Source of the DNA: Candidatus Limnocylindrales bacterium | Lineage (GTDB): Bacteria; Moduliflexota; Moduliflexia; Moduliflexales; JAUQPW01 | Assembly: GCA_035559535.1 (NCBI GenBank) | Contig: DATMBG010000012.1 | Coordinates: 1-64,000, forward strand | Reading direction: 5' to 3' | DNA length: 64,000 bases | The notes under the pieces: model-generated | The model's input: only the letters and a program-made list of their open reading frames with translations | What the model was told of the DNA's origin: nothing | The model's database searches: none | Made by a program: the position numbers and the translations under genes | In this document: piece after piece, positions 1 to 9,570 of the stretch | How the letters are laid out: each line of letters starts with the position of its first letter | Position numbering within the stretch: the first letter of the stretch is position 1

Positions 1-1
1 G

Positions 2-199
2 GTGCGGAGTGAGAAGCGGCCTGGGATCTATGTGTATTCCCCTGAGGGGAAGGAGTTAGGGTATATTCCGACGGAGATTCCGACCAATGTGGGATTTGGT
101 CGTGGGGAAGAGAGCAAGACGTTGTACATTACGGCGGGCAAAAGTTTGTATCGGATCAAGTTAGGTAAGGAAGGCTATCATCTCCCTCCCAGTAAGTAA
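2..199 (+). CDS. SMP-30/gluconolactonase/LRE family protein, 3' end only (runs off window start)
   Basis: GIYVYSPEGKELG...PTNVGFG...KTLYITAGKSLYRI is the typical C-terminal propeller blade of this family. Confidence 0.8.
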   Translation: MRSEKRPGIYVYSPEGKELGYIPTEIPTNVGFGRGEESKTLYITAGKSLYRIKLGKEGYHLPPSK

Positions 200-215
200 A
201 GATCCTGTTCTTTTA

Positions 216-246
216 AAAAGGCCAGAGATTTTTTCTCTGGCCTTTT
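216..246. terminator. Bidirectional intrinsic terminator
   Basis: AAAAGGCCAGAGA / TCTCTGGCCTTTT perfect inverted repeat with A and T tails, between convergent genes. Confidence 0.85.
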
Positions 247-503
247 CTGTTTTAGGCATTCAAAACAACCCAGAATCTTTCAGAAGTAAAATCATAATTT
301 ATCTTTCTATTCTACCCATTTTCCCCAATCATATTCTTTCACTGGGAAAGGATCGGTCAACCCATTCCAGAATTCCTGTTGGAACCAGGCCAGAGTCTAT
401 GCGACTTCTTGCCTATTTGCCCTGAGCCAGTCAAGGAGTGAACCTCAACGGATGATCCTGGTAAACCGACGCAGAGGAAAAGAATCCTTCTCTGACCATG
501 AGA

Positions 504-731
504 TTAAAAAATCCAGTAGATAACCAAAAGGTAAGCCCCCAAAGAAAGGAAGGTTGCAAGGCTTAAAGCCGCATATCTACAAAATTTTTCTGAAACCTTC
601 AAACGACTAAGAATCGCAATGGTCGTTTTTGTAAATAAAAAGCCCGTTATATAGGCGATAGGGGATAGCCAGGAAAAGAAGAGAAGAAGTAAAGCCCATT
701 TCCCTCCCATGAGGAGATATTGGAAAATCAT
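504..731 (-). CDS. Small membrane protein (75 aa, two hydrophobic segments), unknown function
   Basis: ATG with GGAGG about 10 nt upstream; two hydrophobic stretches separated by a basic loop. Confidence 0.5.
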   Translation of the reverse strand: MIFQYLLMGGKWALLLLFFSWLSPIAYITGFLFTKTTIAILSRLKVSEKFCRYAALSLATFLSLGAYLLVIYWIF

Positions 732-749
732 ACAAGGGGTTCCTCCAAA

Positions 750-848
750 AGGAAAAGATAGTCCTCGACTTCATAGAATCGAGGACTATCTCCACTCATC
801 AGGAATGACGGAGGTGCCTCATGAGTGGAACTTAATCTTTAACTTAGT
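750..848 (-). ncRNA. Candidate ~100-nt sRNA or attenuator leader (two hairpins, the second terminator-like)
   Basis: Minus-strand promoter TTCACT(883-878)-N17-TATAAT(860-855); hairpin TCCACTCAT/ATGAGTGGA (791-829); 12-bp perfect stem GATAGTCCTCGA/TCGAGGACTATC (757-790) followed by UUUUCCUUUU. Confidence 0.55.
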
Positions 849-874
849 AATACGATTATAAAATTAGTATTACT
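846..874. promoter_or_regulatory. Dyad operator AGTAATAC-N13-GTATTACT overlapping a minus-strand -10 box (NikR-like geometry)
   Basis: Perfect 8-bp inverted repeat with a 13-bp AT-rich spacer; a second copy lies at 1170-1198. Confidence 0.65.
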
Positions 875-1152
875 TTTAGTGAATATATTTTAAAATAAAT
901 ATCACATCTGGGTACTTGTCAATAAAATAAAGGAAAATTTTTAGAGGAGACAAAACCTATGCCTGCAGATATTCTCACCAGTGGCACCCTGAACTCTGTA
1001 CTCACGGGCAAATAGGCCAGGACACTTTTGGACCTGGCTTCTATGCCGGGTAAAATGATCTTTCTTTTTTGAAATCTACCTGCTTCGATGCCTCCTAAAG
1101 GCTTAAAACATAAGAGATTTATAAAAAAAGCAAATATCCATCACTATTTTTC

Positions 1153-1198
1153 TTGACAAAGATTCTTATAGTAATACTAATTTGAATATTGTATCATA
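1153..1198 (+). promoter_or_regulatory. Promoter of the metal-uptake operon (TTGACA at 1153) overlapped by a second operator AGTAATAC-N13-GTATCATA
   Basis: Consensus -35; 14 nt (AGTAATACTAATTT) identical to the reverse complement of the 846-874 site; -10 box not clean. Confidence 0.6.
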
Positions 1199-1324
1199 AC
1201 TCAAATCCATAATAATGAAGTATACTGGTTTATTACCAAATGAAAAAATAATCGTAATACTACTTACACAGGGGAACCGAACCGAGGTGGAGTAAATCTA
1301 TCCTTGCTATAAAGGGGAGGAGGT

Positions 1325-2542
1325 ATGACGAGAATTAGAGTCAGAAAAATTTTTTTTGCTCTGCTTACAGGAGTATTTGTCGGTAGTCTGGGTATTACGC
1401 CTGAAGTTTTTGCCCATACAAAGGGTATCAGTTTAAGTCGATATGGTCTGGTAGATATCTCCTGGACCGGTAACATTGCCTATGTGAACTTTAGTGATTA
1501 CGAGGAGGGGTTTAACCCTTTCAAGATTGGGGATCGGCATGAACGGGGATTGAATTTAACCAGTTTTGATCTATCTTTAAGTCAGGATGTCTATCAATAT
1601 AATGCCAAGTGGGCTCTATTTCTGGCCTTTGAGCGAGATTCTGCTGGAATTGAAGAGGCCTTCATTCTCTTTCATAAATTACCTGCTTACCTCCAGTTTA
1701 AAATCGGAAATTTTCGAGCTAACTTTGGTAAGATCAACCAGTACCATGATCACGAATGGATTTTTGCAGACCCTCCTCTGATTACTACTTTTCTATTAGG
1801 TGTGGATGGAATTCATAACATTGGGGCTGAGCTTGACTTTCAACCCCCTACACCGATTTTTACCGAGTTTTCCATTGACATTATGCGAGGGCCCTTCGAT
1901 TTTTTCACCTTCGAGCCGGATACAGATCCCATTTTCGGAGGAGGTAGTTTTGATGATTACATTATCTTGAGCCGGGCAACAACCTTTTTTGATTTGACCG
2001 AACACAGTAACCTCGAAATAGGAGCTTCTCTGGGAGGAGGTCGAAATAAAGAAGGCACCAATGATCAGACGATTATCTATGGATTTGACTGGACTTATCA
2101 GTACAAACCCCGGGCTTTTAGCCCTTATTTACGATGGACTACCGAGTTTTACTGGGCAAACCGGGAAAATCCTAGAATATTCCGATTTGATCGAACCCGA
2201 CCCACAGAATGTACATCGGATCCCATCCTTTGTAGCTTCATCTTTGAGGGAAACGATACAGTGGGCGGAATGTATACCGAAATCAATTATCGGTTCTCTT
2301 ACCTCTTTGACGTCAACTTCCGGTTTGATTATGTGGGCATCCCCCAGGGAGAAGAAGATCGTCAGCAACGGTTCACCGTGGGCTTACGCCATTTCTTCAA
2401 TCCGGTTAGCCGAGTGAATTTCCAGTATGAATACAACGCCGAATCCGGACAAGATAAGGCTTATTCTACCTTTATCGTTCAATTCAACATTGGAGGTGGA
2501 ACGGTTACACCCGGATTGGGTAAATTTTATAATCTTTTCTAG
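1325..2542 (+). CDS. Outer-membrane beta-barrel protein of the type found with ZnuA/TroA-like metal ABC systems
   Basis: Strong SD GGAGGAGG; signal peptide ending VFA; FGKINQYHDHEWIFADPPL His motif; amphipathic beta strands; C-terminal Phe. Confidence 0.7.
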   Translation: MTRIRVRKIFFALLTGVFVGSLGITPEVFAHTKGISLSRYGLVDISWTGNIAYVNFSDYEEGFNPFKIGDRHERGLNLTSFDLSLSQDVYQYNAKWALFLAFERDSAGIEEAFILFHKLPAYLQFKIGNFRANFGKINQYHDHEWIFADPPLITTFLLGVDGIHNIGAELDFQPPTPIFTEFSIDIMRGPFDFFTFEPDTDPIFGGGSFDDYIILSRATTFFDLTEHSNLEIGASLGGGRNKEGTNDQTIIYGFDWTYQYKPRAFSPYLRWTTEFYWANRENPRIFRFDRTRPTECTSDPILCSFIFEGNDTVGGMYTEINYRFSYLFDVNFRFDYVGIPQGEEDRQQRFTVGLRHFFNPVSRVNFQYEYNAESGQDKAYSTFIVQFNIGGGTVTPGLGKFYNLF

Positions 2543-2683
2543 AGAGGATAGCCAGAAAATAGGAATCCTGCCCCTTAAGAGGTATTAACGGGAAACAGGT
2601 TATGTAGAATAGAACGTGAGACACTAACTATCAGGTATTTTGCATTTTACGTTCTATACCTTAAAGGTAAGGAGTTAAAGGAT

Positions 2684-3649
2684 ATGCGAGGTTTAAGAAT
2701 CATTCTATTAGGAATCGTTCTTCTTCTAAGCTTGAAAAGTGCTCTTTTCGTCGAGGCAAAAGAAGGACTTCGTATTGTAAGCAGCTTTGCCCACGACGCC
2801 TCTATTATTAAAGCCATTGGAGGGGATAAAGTTATCGTAAATAGTTTGTCCCGTGGTATCCAGGATCCTCATTATATTCAACCTAAACCGACTTATGCAG
2901 CTCTTTTGAACCGGGCCGATATTCTGGCCGTCAACGGACAGTTGCTGGAGGTAGCCTGGCTCCCCACTGCCTTGAGTAGCTGCCGGAATGTAAAGATCCT
3001 GGAAGGTCATGAAGGATATCTCAAGCTCTCAGAGGGAGTGGATACCATTCCCTATGCACCTGAAGATCTTTACGACACACCCTTTTTTCATTTAAATCTG
3101 GTTGTAGGGGTAGGGGAGAATCGAATCGGTAACCATCATTATTATATCGACCCCGGTAATGGCCTTATCATCGCTCAAAATGTTTACCGAAAGTTAGCAG
3201 AGATGGACCCAGGCAATGAGCCTTATTATAAAGCAAACTATGAGGCCTTTATCTCTAAATTAAAGGAGAAGATAGCAGGATGGGATGCTGCCATGGAGCC
3301 GTATAAAGGGGTTCAGCTTGTGACCTATCATCGAACTTTTAACTATCTGGCCCGTCGGCATGGATTTACAATTTTTGCTTATATAGAGCCCAGAGAGACC
3401 GTTCCCCCCAATGCTGCCTATATGGCCTCTTTAGTTCAGCGGATGAAAAGTAATAACATCAAGCTCGTATTGGTAGAACATTATCAGAATAAAAAGCTGG
3501 CTCAAGAGGTAGCCAACCAGAGTGGAGCCACCCTAGTAACCCTTGCAACTTCGGTAGATGAGGAATTGGGAATCTCAGATTACATTCAAATGCTGGATAA
3601 AATTTACGAAGAACTGACCAAAGCCCTTAAGGTCCTGAATAAAAGTTAG
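2684..3649 (+). CDS. Metal ABC transporter substrate-binding protein (cluster A-I, ZnuA/TroA-like), copy 1
   Basis: Signal peptide; DPH, NHHYY and YH metal-ligand motifs. Confidence 0.9.
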   Translation: MRGLRIILLGIVLLLSLKSALFVEAKEGLRIVSSFAHDASIIKAIGGDKVIVNSLSRGIQDPHYIQPKPTYAALLNRADILAVNGQLLEVAWLPTALSSCRNVKILEGHEGYLKLSEGVDTIPYAPEDLYDTPFFHLNLVVGVGENRIGNHHYYIDPGNGLIIAQNVYRKLAEMDPGNEPYYKANYEAFISKLKEKIAGWDAAMEPYKGVQLVTYHRTFNYLARRHGFTIFAYIEPRETVPPNAAYMASLVQRMKSNNIKLVLVEHYQNKKLAQEVANQSGATLVTLATSVDEELGISDYIQMLDKIYEELTKALKVLNKS

Positions 3650-3688
3650 ACCACCCAAGAACCTCTCCTTTGTTCCATCCGGTGGTCA

Positions 3689-3722
3689 AGGGCCTTTCAC
3701 TTGAATCCAGGTGAAAGGCCCT
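3689..3722. terminator. Stem-loop between the two binding-protein genes (terminator or mRNA stabiliser)
   Basis: AGGGCCTTTCAC / GTGAAAGGCCCT inverted repeat; no clear U tract. Confidence 0.5.
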
Positions 3723-3924
3723 AATATCGATTCTGATTGAACAGATTGTATTCTATTCATTTCCTGTGAAGATGGCGTATCTTTTTTCTAACCCTCGGAC
3801 TTCCCTTCCCGCATCGGGAAGGGGGAACTTAAGGATTGCTGATGTCCCAGCTCTCCCTTTCCTTTATACCATGTTTCAATGCTAACTTGAGCGTAGAACA
3901 TGTCAGGTCAGGATAGAGCTAAAC

Positions 3925-4920
3925 TTGCGTTTTATGTTTTATATCTTATCCTCTTTGTGTAAAGTCAACGTGTTTTTCATTTCGATTGTTCTTTTAGTTT
4001 TAAATCTTCTTATAGAAAGTAGCTCCCAGGCCCTGGAAAAGCTCCAGGTAGTCACTACTTTTCCGCACGATGCAGCTATTGCTGTAGAAATTGGTGGCTC
4101 CTATGTCCAGGTAGAAAGCCTGACCCGGGGGGAAGAGGATCCTCATCTTGTGACCACCCGATTCTCCCTCATTCCTCTTCTCAATCGGGCGGACCTTCTC
4201 GTCGTCAACGGGCAACTTCTGGAAGTCATGTGGTTACCGGAACTTCTACAAAAATCCAGAAACGATAAAATATTACCTGGAAAATCCGGCTATCTGGATG
4301 TTTCAAGGGGAGCGGATCTTATCTTTTATAGCCCGGATGAGGTAGGTCGTTCGCCGCTTTTCGATGCGAATTTTGTCTATGGAGCCAAGACCGGTCAAAT
4401 TGCAAATCATCATTACTGGCTTAACCCGGCTAACGGGCTGGTCATTGCCAAGAATATTTCTGAAAAGTTGAGTGAACTGGATCCGGATCATGAATCTACG
4501 TATCGAACGAATTATGAAAAGTTTGCGTCCAGGCTTCGGGAAAGAATTCAGGAATGGGACAAACAGATGATCCCCTATGCCGGACTTCAAGTGGTCAGTT
4601 ATCATCGTAGCTGGAATTATTTGCTGAATCGGCATGGGATTCGGATATTGGGTTATATCGAACCCCTGGAGCTTGGCCTACCTAAGCAGAGTTCTTTGAA
4701 GAAACTGGCCCGACAGATGAAGATCCAGAAGGTTCGGTTAATCCTCCTGGAAACCTATCAGGATAAAAAAGTAGCCGGTCAACTGGCCGGGGAGACCGGC
4801 GCCCATATCCTGGTTCTTCCCTCTTCGGTTGGCCCAAACCTCGGTGTCCAGGACTACTTTCAACTTTTTGAAGTTATTTATGGGAAGTTGCTCGAAGCCT
4901 TTAAAGGTTTGCAGGGGTGA
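3925..4920 (+). CDS. Metal ABC transporter substrate-binding protein, copy 2 (start uncertain)
   Basis: Paralog of 2684-3649 (LLNRAD..VNGQLLEV.WLP, DPH, NHHYW, YHRSW). Confidence 0.88.
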   Translation: MRFMFYILSSLCKVNVFFISIVLLVLNLLIESSSQALEKLQVVTTFPHDAAIAVEIGGSYVQVESLTRGEEDPHLVTTRFSLIPLLNRADLLVVNGQLLEVMWLPELLQKSRNDKILPGKSGYLDVSRGADLIFYSPDEVGRSPLFDANFVYGAKTGQIANHHYWLNPANGLVIAKNISEKLSELDPDHESTYRTNYEKFASRLRERIQEWDKQMIPYAGLQVVSYHRSWNYLLNRHGIRILGYIEPLELGLPKQSSLKKLARQMKIQKVRLILLETYQDKKVAGQLAGETGAHILVLPSSVGPNLGVQDYFQLFEVIYGKLLEAFKGLQG

Positions 4921-4951
4921 GCAAATTGGATTTTTCTATAGAATAGAAGCT

Positions 4952-5722
4952 ATGCCGGCTCAAATTGAACTGATCAATCTATCCATTGGATATGGCCATC
5001 AACCTTTACTGGAAGGAATTACCCTCTCCATTCAAAAAGGAGAGTTTTGGGGTATTGTAGGCCCTAACGGGGCCGGGAAATCCACCTTGGTAAAAACCAT
5101 CCTGGGGATTTTAAAACCTCTTCAGGGTCGAATTGAGAAAATCGATACTTTAACCTTTGGATATGTCCCCCAAAGGAGTACCCTGGATGATATTTTTCCG
5201 GTGACTGCCTTAGACGTGGTCCTCATGGGTCGGTACCCGGCCCGGGGGATAGGACGAATTCGACCTGAAGACCGGCATTTGGCTCATGATTATCTTGAAA
5301 AAGTCGGAGCTTCTTCCATTGCCGGAAAACTTTTTCGCTCTCTATCCGGTGGACAAAAGCAGCGGGTCCTGATTGCCCGGGCACTGGCTTTGGAGCCCGA
5401 TGTTCTGGTACTCGATGAACCCATGGATGGAATGGATATTGCCGGAGAAGCCAGCATTATGGAGTTAATATTAAAACTCCGTAAAGATCTTGACTGTACC
5501 CTGCTCATGGTAACCCATTCCCTTCATTTAATAGCAAATTACGGAGAGAAACTTATTTTGATTCGACCGGAGACCCGTAGAATTGAGTATGGTGAGGTTA
5601 CCTGGTTATTAACCCAGGATAAACTCAGGGAAATCTACAACCTGGATTTGGAAGTTCATAACTGGAATGAACATCGCGTGGTCTTAATGCGAGGATCTTT
5701 AAAGAGAAACAGCGAGACTTAA
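4952..5722 (+). CDS. Metal ABC transporter ATP-binding protein (ZnuC-like)
   Basis: GPNGAGKST, GYVPQ, LSGGQKQR, LVLDEP; ATG at 4952 preferred to the overlapping 4829 start. Confidence 0.92.
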   Translation: MPAQIELINLSIGYGHQPLLEGITLSIQKGEFWGIVGPNGAGKSTLVKTILGILKPLQGRIEKIDTLTFGYVPQRSTLDDIFPVTALDVVLMGRYPARGIGRIRPEDRHLAHDYLEKVGASSIAGKLFRSLSGGQKQRVLIARALALEPDVLVLDEPMDGMDIAGEASIMELILKLRKDLDCTLLMVTHSLHLIANYGEKLILIRPETRRIEYGEVTWLLTQDKLREIYNLDLEVHNWNEHRVVLMRGSLKRNSET

Positions 5723-5840
5723 ATAGCAGGGTTGTGCTTACTCCCGGATTGGTCTGTTTAACCTTAGGAAGGATCTTTGGAACTTCCTCCTGGAGGGGTA
5801 AGTATCTTCCCATGCTACCAGCTCATAGAGAGGTCTCAAA

Positions 5841-6761
5841 GTGGAATATTTACTCCATATCCCCTTAATCAAAGATATTCTACTTGCAGAAAGTAACGGC
5901 ATGACTTTCTGGGAAGCCCTACCTATTCTCCGGAACGGAATCTTAGCCTGTATGGTGGCAGCTATTCTAAGTTCTTACTTAGGAGTTTACGTTATTCTCA
6001 GGCGGATTGTTTTTGTCAGTGCGGCCCTTTCCCAGATTTCTTCACTGGGAATTGCCCTATCTTTTTTGATAAGTAACCGATTGGCCGGCCCGCAAGGATT
6101 TTCCGGGCAGGAAGGGTCTGGAAGTTTTTTCACCTTTCAGAGCGGGATGTCTTTAATTTTTGCCTGTATGGCTGCCGGCCTTATAGCTCTGCAATTACAG
6201 GAACGGCGATTGACCCGGGAGAGCGTTTTGGGAATCCTCTATACTGTACCGGCAGGGTTGGTTCTGCTCATTCTAGACCGCACAGCGAAGGACGCCCATG
6301 AGATTGAGAATGTACTTTTCGGTAATGCCGTCTTTGTCTCGACTCCCCAACTTCTTTTTCTGATCCTTATCAGCCTGGTGGTTCTATTTTTTCATGGGCT
6401 CTTTTACAAGCAATTTATCTTTACGGCTTTTGATGCCGATACGGCCCGGGCCGCCGGACTAAAAACCCATAGATTTAATCAATTGCTTTTCTTAACTCTG
6501 GCCGTAGCTATATCCATTTCCATCAGTTCCATTGGAGCTTTACCGGTATTTGCCTTTATGATCTTACCGTCAGCCTCGGCACTTCTCATCACCCATCGGC
6601 TTCTAACGACCTTTGCTGTTGCCGTGGTATTCGGATTCGGTTCGGCCCTGGTCGGATTTTACTTGTCGTTTTTATTTTCTCTTCCTACGGGTCCTACCAT
6701 GCTGGTTATAGCCGCTCTCTGTTTGATGCCGGGTTTACTTTTAGTTATTCTGAGGGCCTGA
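5841..6761 (+). CDS. Metal ABC transporter permease (ZnuB-like)
   Basis: LGVYVILRRIVFVSAALSQ, LFGN, FD...ARAAG motifs; multiple TM helices. Confidence 0.92.
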   Translation: MEYLLHIPLIKDILLAESNGMTFWEALPILRNGILACMVAAILSSYLGVYVILRRIVFVSAALSQISSLGIALSFLISNRLAGPQGFSGQEGSGSFFTFQSGMSLIFACMAAGLIALQLQERRLTRESVLGILYTVPAGLVLLILDRTAKDAHEIENVLFGNAVFVSTPQLLFLILISLVVLFFHGLFYKQFIFTAFDADTARAAGLKTHRFNQLLFLTLAVAISISISSIGALPVFAFMILPSASALLITHRLLTTFAVAVVFGFGSALVGFYLSFLFSLPTGPTMLVIAALCLMPGLLLVILRA

Positions 6762-6894
6762 GGTATACAGTGAAAACCCGGGTAGCGAAATCTGTAAAAA
6801 AACCATCGACAAGTTGGTGAGAAGTAGTATATTAATAAAGGGGTATTTCCTATCCCATGGTAAAGAAAATCGAGTTGGTTTAAGAAAAGATTAA

Positions 6895-6978
6895 GCCGAA
6901 GTGGTGAAATTGGCAAACACGCTACGTTCAGGGCGTAGTGGGATTACTCCCTTGGGGGTTCGAGTCCCCCCTTCGGCA
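6895..6978 (+). tRNA. tRNA-Leu(CAG), CCA not encoded
   Basis: Acceptor GCCGAAG/CTTCGGC plus A discriminator; anticodon arm CTACG-TTCAGGG-CGTAG; long variable arm; GGTTCGAGTCC T-arm. Confidence 0.97.
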
Positions 6979-6993
6979 TTTTAACTCCCCATC

Positions 6994-7455
6994 TTGTATA
7001 CCCGGACCCTGTTATCCCAATCTCCTGAGGAGACCCATCGGCTAGGGATTAAGCTGGGAAAAAATTTAGATGCTGGCGACGTGGTTGCTTTAACCGGAGA
7101 GTTAGGTTCCGGTAAAACCTGCTTAATTCAGGGGATTACCGTAGGATTGGATATCTTAAACCCTAGGCAGGTAACCAGTCCTACTTTTACCTTGATTAAT
7201 GAATATCAAGGCCGGGTTCCGATTTATCACTTCGATTTATACCGGATTAATAAACTCGAAGAGCTCTTCGATTTAGGATTTGAGGAGTATTTTTACGGAA
7301 AAGGCGTAACACTGGTTGAGTGGGCAGAGAAAATTTTGGACTGGCTTCCACCGCAGAGATTATCCGTTTACCTAAAGATCCTTTCGGAAGGACAACGCGA
7401 AATTCAACTTTCAACCTCCCAGACAAAGTTTGAAAGGCTTTTCCAGAGTTTGTAA
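6994..7455 (+). CDS. tsaE: tRNA threonylcarbamoyladenosine biosynthesis ATPase
   Basis: GELGSGKT, VTSPTFTLINEY, HFDLYR, VEWAE. Confidence 0.95.
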   Translation: MYTRTLLSQSPEETHRLGIKLGKNLDAGDVVALTGELGSGKTCLIQGITVGLDILNPRQVTSPTFTLINEYQGRVPIYHFDLYRINKLEELFDLGFEEYFYGKGVTLVEWAEKILDWLPPQRLSVYLKILSEGQREIQLSTSQTKFERLFQSL

Positions 7456-7487
7456 GGTTTTTCCAAGATTCTACGAATAGATTAAGT

Positions 7488-7754
7488 TTAGCGCATTTTT
7501 ATGGGATTACTGGCGATAGGGACCGTTACATCTAAAACCTCCACATTATCTCCCTTTTTCAGGTTGATTTCAATATGATCCGGGTCAACCTCTACAAATT
7601 TTCTGACTACTTTGATAATTTCCTCCTTTAATTGTTCCAACAGCGGGGAATCGATGTTTCTCCTCTCGTGGTGGAGAATAATTTTTAATCTTTCGCTGGC
7701 AATATCGGCACTACGTGGTCTTGGTCTGAATAAAGTTTTAATATAATCTATCAT
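7488..7754 (-). CDS. minE: Cell division topological specificity factor
   Basis: SADIASERLKIILHHER, LKEEIIKVVRKFV; ATG at 7754. Confidence 0.92.
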   Translation of the reverse strand: MIDYIKTLFRPRPRSADIASERLKIILHHERRNIDSPLLEQLKEEIIKVVRKFVEVDPDHIEINLKKGDNVEVLDVTVPIASNPIKMR

Positions 7755-7839
7755 AATTGGTTTGTGTAATCGGGTGAACAATCCAGAAATAGAACCCGCT
7801 AGATTGTAACCACCAAATCTATCTCCTTGCTGCTGAGTT

Positions 7840-8640
7840 CTAGTCTATTCCAACTAATCTTTTAAGCCCCTTCAACAGTCCGCCCTTTTCTCCTTCTGGA
7901 GAGAGGACATCTACTTTCTGGCCTTCCAATCGCATGGCGATATTGCGATAAGCTTTACCGGCCGGGGATCTGGGGGATAAAGCAGCCGGTTCCCCCCGGT
8001 TTGTATAGGCCACCATGTTTTCATCGTCGGGAACGATCCCCAGGAGTTCCACAGCAAGAATCTGGAGAATCGCACTGGCATCCATCATATCCCCTCTTTT
8101 AACTAAATCCGGCTTAATTCGATTAATAATCAGTTTAGGTTGGCTCTTTTCAGAGGCTTCCAAAAGTCCTATCACCCGATCCACATCTCTTACAGAGGAG
8201 ACTTCTGGTGTCGTTACCACGATTGCAAAGTCGGCCCCAACTACTGCATTTCGAAACCCAGCTTCGATTCCAGCCGGGCAATCGATCAAAACATAATCAA
8301 ACTCCTTTTTGAGCGTCTCAATCAGTTCAATCATCTGCTCCGGAGATACGTCGTCTTTATCCCGGGTTTGTGCTGCAGGTAATAAAAATAAAGTCTTCAC
8401 ATTTTTATCTCGAATCAGCGCCTGGCTCAGCTTGCAGCGTTTTTCGACCACATGAACGAGATCATAAACAATTCTATTTTCCAGTCCTAAAATCATATCT
8501 AAATTACGTAATCCGATATCTGCATCGACAACAACCACCTTCTTCCCTAACAAGGCGAGGCCAACCCCCAGGTTGGCTGTGGTTGTGGTTTTACCGACTC
8601 CGCCTTTTCCGGAAGTAACAACAATGGCTTTACTTTCCAT
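7840..8640 (-). CDS. minD: Septum site-determining ATPase
   Basis: SGKGGVGKTT, DIGLRNLD, DCPAGIE, C-terminal amphipathic helix GLLKGLKRLVG. Confidence 0.97.
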   Translation of the reverse strand: MESKAIVVTSGKGGVGKTTTTANLGVGLALLGKKVVVVDADIGLRNLDMILGLENRIVYDLVHVVEKRCKLSQALIRDKNVKTLFLLPAAQTRDKDDVSPEQMIELIETLKKEFDYVLIDCPAGIEAGFRNAVVGADFAIVVTTPEVSSVRDVDRVIGLLEASEKSQPKLIINRIKPDLVKRGDMMDASAILQILAVELLGIVPDDENMVAYTNRGEPAALSPRSPAGKAYRNIAMRLEGQKVDVLSPEGEKGGLLKGLKRLVGID

Positions 8641-8673
8641 AATTTGTATCTCCTACTTGATAAAACTATCGGG

Positions 8674-9390
8674 TTAAAGAATGGATTCAATAACAACCTC
8701 TCCATCTTTTACGTATGCTTTTTCAGCCCTTTGAATATCTTGAATTTCATTGTCGGGTGAGCGACCAATATATTGAGCTATTCTAAGCTGAGAGGGACTC
8801 AATTGCAAGGCAATAACTACGGCATTTTCAGCTCCTTGAGCGCCGGCATGGGCAACCCCCCGGAGACGCCCCAGTACAATGATATCCCCTCCAGCTATCA
8901 GGTAACTGCCCGGATTTACATCTCCCAAAATAACAATGTTACCGGGATACTCAATGGTTTGACCGGATCGTATCGTTCTACGCAAAAACAGTGTATCCTC
9001 TTCATGTTTTAGGATAGGATCTACCAGATGGGTAAGCGTCCTCGATTTCCTCAGAGGATTCCCACTGTTTCGTTCAATCCGGGCAATCGATCTTTGCGAG
9101 GATTTGATCTCTCCAGCTTTTTCTTCTATAGGCCCTTGCTTATTAATAAATTCCCGAATATATAAGGTATATTTTCTCTCAACGAGGTCTTTGAGTAACT
9201 TGCGTTCTTCGGAAGAAAGTATACGATCTCCAACATAAATATCCACTTCTGCCCCAGAAAAGAAATTATTTGAATCCGCCAGCTTCTTATCCAACTGATT
9301 TAAAACCACATCAAAAAGCGCTCCTGGATCAATCAAAATAGCCAATCCAGACTTCGTGCCTTTAATTTCAACAATCTTCTCAGCTTGCAT
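8674..9390 (-). CDS. minC: Septum site-determining protein
   Basis: VEIKGTKSG N-terminus; RTIRSGQ, GDVNPG, LRGVAHAGA; ATG at 9390 preferred. Confidence 0.93.
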   Translation of the reverse strand: MQAEKIVEIKGTKSGLAILIDPGALFDVVLNQLDKKLADSNNFFSGAEVDIYVGDRILSSEERKLLKDLVERKYTLYIREFINKQGPIEEKAGEIKSSQRSIARIERNSGNPLRKSRTLTHLVDPILKHEEDTLFLRRTIRSGQTIEYPGNIVILGDVNPGSYLIAGGDIIVLGRLRGVAHAGAQGAENAVVIALQLSPSQLRIAQYIGRSPDNEIQDIQRAEKAYVKDGEVVIESIL

Positions 9391-9570
9391 AAGTTTTATG
9401 AACTCTTGGAAAACGAAAGAACCGTTAAAATACTTACCTGTCTCACCGTTGGTAAGACCAGAAGTCCTTACGGATCTCACGATTGGTAAAGATAACATGG
9501 AAAGAAAAAATGTCAAGAGATATATTAGTAAACAAGCTTTACTTTAATGGAGAGGTTTAAAGGATAACAG

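Noticed and set aside
6895-6995. tRNA-Leu as an integration site for an island
   Set aside because: Followed directly by housekeeping tsaE; I saw no integrase or duplicated tRNA 3' end in the window.
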